Shown here: positions 34,901 through 38,122 of the stretch, piece by piece | Numbering within the stretch: position 1 is the stretch's first letter | How the letters are laid out: each line of letters opens with the position of its first letter | NCBI RefSeq assembly: GCF_001194135.2 | Contig: NC_068987.1 | Coordinates: 21,320,449-21,358,570 of the forward strand | Length of the DNA stretch: 38,122 nt | Reading direction: 5' to 3' | DNA from: Octopus bimaculoides | Lineage: Eukaryota | Notes under the pieces: generated by a model | The model's input: only the letters and a program-made list of their open reading frames with translations | Told to the model about the DNA's origin: nothing | The model's database searches: none | Made by a program: the position numbers and the translations under genes

Positions 34901-36459
34901 AAAACACCCTGTATTAGACTGTTGACATTAAAAACTATTGACAGTTATAGCAATGAGTTACACACAAATATGATTATTCTTCTTCAATGTTTTTTTTTAC
35001 ATTCAACTTAAATACAAGAATGATAACAAAAATTAAATGAAATAAAATGCAGAAAAAGATCTTTTTTATATCTAAAAAAGAAAAAAAAAGAAAAAATAAC
35101 TTCTTTCAATACAAAACAAATTATGTTGCCATACAAAAAATCTGCACAGACCAAAGCACACTGACAGCTATAATTCAATGAGCTTGAAGTAATAAGCTCT
35201 TTGTCTAATGCTTTGCAATCATCAGCTTCAAGAAATAGGTCTTTAATAAACTTCTTAAATACTTAGGGGGAAAAAAATAGGAGGAGGGTATGAAGGTAGC
35301 AGGCATTTGGTTTTGAATCTTGAAAAGTCATTGACCATTCAGTGTGGGTCAATGAGTTGGGAATCAACTAAGTTGTCTGAGATTCAATCACTCAGGCTTG
35401 AATCTTGCATCTTTATACAATTCAATGGATTTGTGTTTGAACTAAACATAATTTTATTAAACTCTCACTACTTCTTAACATTGAAACTTGTATATTTTTT
35501 CATTTAAAGTGTGTATGTGTGAGTTTTGAGATGAACACCACAAACTGAGCAAAATGACATTTTACTAGTCAAGTGATCCAAAGATGTGGCTGTGTGATAA
35601 GAAGCTTGTTCTCCAACCACATAGTTCTGGGTTCAATCCCACTATGTGTCACCTTGGACCAACCAAAGCCCTGTGAGTGAATTTGGTAGATGGAAACTGA
35701 AGGAAACCTGTTTGTGTATGCATGTCTGTATTGCATGATAGTTGTAAATGAATATCTCCATCATGCAAGTGGTGTCCATTTTCAATCTTCCGTGAAAAAT
35801 ATGGTCGTGGAGAAATATATCCCCTGCTTGAAAACAAATGAGGTTTGATGACAATAGGGTAATCTGGCTGTAAAAGAATCACACCAGCAAACTTCCATCC
35901 AATCCATGAAGGCATAGAAAAGTGGACATTGAAACAATGATGATGATGGAGTGGGGATCATGTAGATCAAGCAACCCATACTTGCCCATCCACCTACCCA
36001 TGCAAAACCAATTCAGACAAATGCACACATACTGGAAACCCAATATCTTGATATAATTTGCCCAAATATATAAAGCTGTTGTTTAACTCCAGTTCAACAC
36101 TAATCATACCAGTGATCAAAAGTATTCTGGCCACAACCATTCCTATCATTTTAGTTAAATACCAAGAGCTACATCATCAAATGTGTCTTTTCTTTATTGA
36201 AGAGGGTAAGGTGTGATTAGAGAGAGAGAGAGATAGAGAAATGTGGCTGTTATTTCTAGCAGGTTGAGCTAACCACTATGCCCTAGTCCTTTCTCTCAAG
36301 AGACCATCATCTCTCTGGAACATGCTCATATCTTTCTAGCAGGTGCTGCTCTGCAATTTAGGCTGACACATTGGTACTAGCTGGTCCTGCTCTCCATCAG
36401 TCATGGTCCCCTGGCCCTCCAAACCCACTTGCCCTTCCACTTTTCATCCCTTGTTAAAT

Positions 36460-36922
36460 TGCTTTGCCAGTGTCACACAGCCGGCACCCATGCCGGTGTC
36501 ATATAAAAAAGCACCCTTCGAATGTTGGGCAATGTGCTGTGCTTGAGAAGACTCATCAAACCAAGTGAAATCATCATCGTGGCCAATGCCAGCATCTTAT
36601 TAACTGGCATGTAAAAAGCACCCTCCAAATGCTGGACCTCACGGAGGCAGTGACAAGTGACCAAGACCTTTGGCAATATACTGTGCTTGAGAAGACCTGT
36701 CAAGCCAAGTGAGATCGTAGTCATGGCCATTGCCAGTGTTATGTAACTGGCATGTAAAAAGCACCTACTACACTCTTGGAGTGGTTGGCATTAGGAAGGG
36801 CATCCAGCCATAGAAACTATGCCAAATCAGATTGGAGCCTGGTGCAGCTCCCCAGCTTACCAATTTTCAGTCAAACCACCCAATATATGCCAGCATGGAA
36901 AACAGATGTTAAATGATGATAA
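36460..36922 (+). mobile_element. SINE of the 15668-16100 family with an internal tandem duplication
   Basis: ggcattaggaagggcatccagccatagaaac...atgccagcatggaaaacagatgttaaatgatgat. The block tgtgcttgagaagac...gtaaaaagcacc occurs twice, about 145 bp apart. Confidence 0.7.
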
Positions 36923-36934
36923 CTAAGTATGGAA

Positions 36935-37135
36935 GGAAGATGAAGCAGGGAGTCAAGTAATGATGTCGGAACCAACACACTGAAAGCAAATTGGGGGGAC
37001 CATCCTAACAAGACATTCATTGACCAGTTGGTTGAAGACACTGGTTTACTGAAGAGTGACCTACCGAGACCAATGGAGGAGGAAGGAATTCTGGAGACCA
37101 GTGTTTGGTGTTAGTCTGCATATGATGCAGTCGGT
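36935..37135 (+). mobile_element. RTE-like LINE 3' fragment
   Basis: EAGSQVMMSEPTH*KQ...PNKTFIDQLVEDTGLLKSDLPRPMEE resembles WEPxHGxRxRGRPxxTYIDQLxEDTG ends. Confidence 0.6.
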
Positions 37136-37902
37136 AAGTCTGGAAAAGGGGGTAGTGTCATTGCAGGACCTCTGAGACCAATGAGATTGATGCCACTAAA
37201 CCATTGCAGATAAACACCTATGGGAAAGAGAGGGCAGACTCCAGAGGACTGATGTCTTACAGAGGAAGATCAGGACAGAATGGCTAGAGCAAGACTGGCC
37301 ACAGTCAAATGACTGAAACAAGTAAAAGAGTTTAACTAAATATACTGTCTCATAATCAACTTAGTCCATCCAAAATAGCCCCAGCCACCACTGCCCAATC
37401 CAACAACAGTTTTAAATCCTGCAACAACAGGCACACATCTTCAACTTTGAAGGTAAGTAGAGTTCATCCATCACCTGGTTTAACACAAACACATGGCCCT
37501 TGGGTGCTTTTCAAAGAATCCACTCAATTGTAAGCATTCAAAGCAGGTCTCTGGTTTGAGGATAATTTCCTTCTCACCTGTTACTATAGAAGCCCTAGAA
37601 AAGGTCATCAATGTGTCCCTTTCACCTCTGATTAAACTATGTACCCATTAGCATTTAAACAAGCCACATCTGGTTCAAATATTTGACCCATTTTATGTTA
37701 AAGCTGGTCCGATCTGGCTCAAGTATTCAACCTGTTTATGTTCATGCCTGCCAACTAGATTCAGCATCTCATACCTACTCTACAATGTCAGAGATTTAGA
37801 CAATCAGATCTTCAAAACCTTGAAGCTACAAGATAATGCTTGGTCAATTCAAAACAATGTGAGTAAATAAGCATTATAATTAACAAAGTAATCTGAATGC
37901 TA

Positions 37903-38110
37903 ACTCTTTACTCTTTTATTTGTTTCAGTCATTTGACTGTGGCCATGCTGGAGCACCGCCTTTAGTCGAGCAAATCGATCCCAGGACTTATTCTTTGTAA
38001 GCCTAGTACTTATTCTATCAGTCTCTTTTTGCTGAACCGCTAAGTTAGGGGACATAAACACACCAGCATCGGTTGTCAAGCGATGTTGGGAGACAAACAC
38101 AGACACACAA
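37903..38110 (-). mobile_element. SINE 3' part, same family as 8027-8240
   Basis: Direct visual match to 8027-8240. Confidence 0.75.
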
Positions 38111-38122
38111 ACATATACACAC

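Noticed and set aside
29950-38122. Upstream UCHL3 exon carrying the catalytic Cys (Q-T-I-x-N-A-C-G)
   Set aside because: Not found by eye on the minus strand. It probably lies beyond the window, so I do not call the gene a pseudogene.

Overview
Eukaryotic, AT-rich, repeat-dense DNA with four assembly gaps. The SINE, LINE and microsatellite content points to a cephalopod, probably Octopus; this is inferred from repeat content, not from a database match. The one well-supported gene is the 3' half of a UCH-L1/L3-family deubiquitinase (UCHL3-like) on the minus strand. Five GT-AG coding exons (29949-29867, 27670-27623, 24546-24471, 17039-16981, 15370-15287) splice in frame to [116 protein letters not shown]. 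The catalytic His and Asp are present. I found no exon carrying the catalytic Cys, so it probably lies beyond 38122. The rest is decayed CR1 and RTE LINE pieces, mariner, maT (DD37D) and Tc1 remnants, MITEs, several tRNA-derived SINE families and microsatellites. Nearly all long ORFs in the supplied track are microsatellite or N-gap artefacts. I see no convincing new multi-gene system. Best leads: (1) an intronic AATAAA plus A-tract that could truncate UCHL3 exactly at its split catalytic Asp codon; (2) fold-back structures, two joined at short microhomologies, with several lying inside the UCHL3 pre-mRNA; (3) hammerhead-core-like motifs in a SINE tail; (4) a possible unrecognised plus-strand terminal exon near 5.3 kb.
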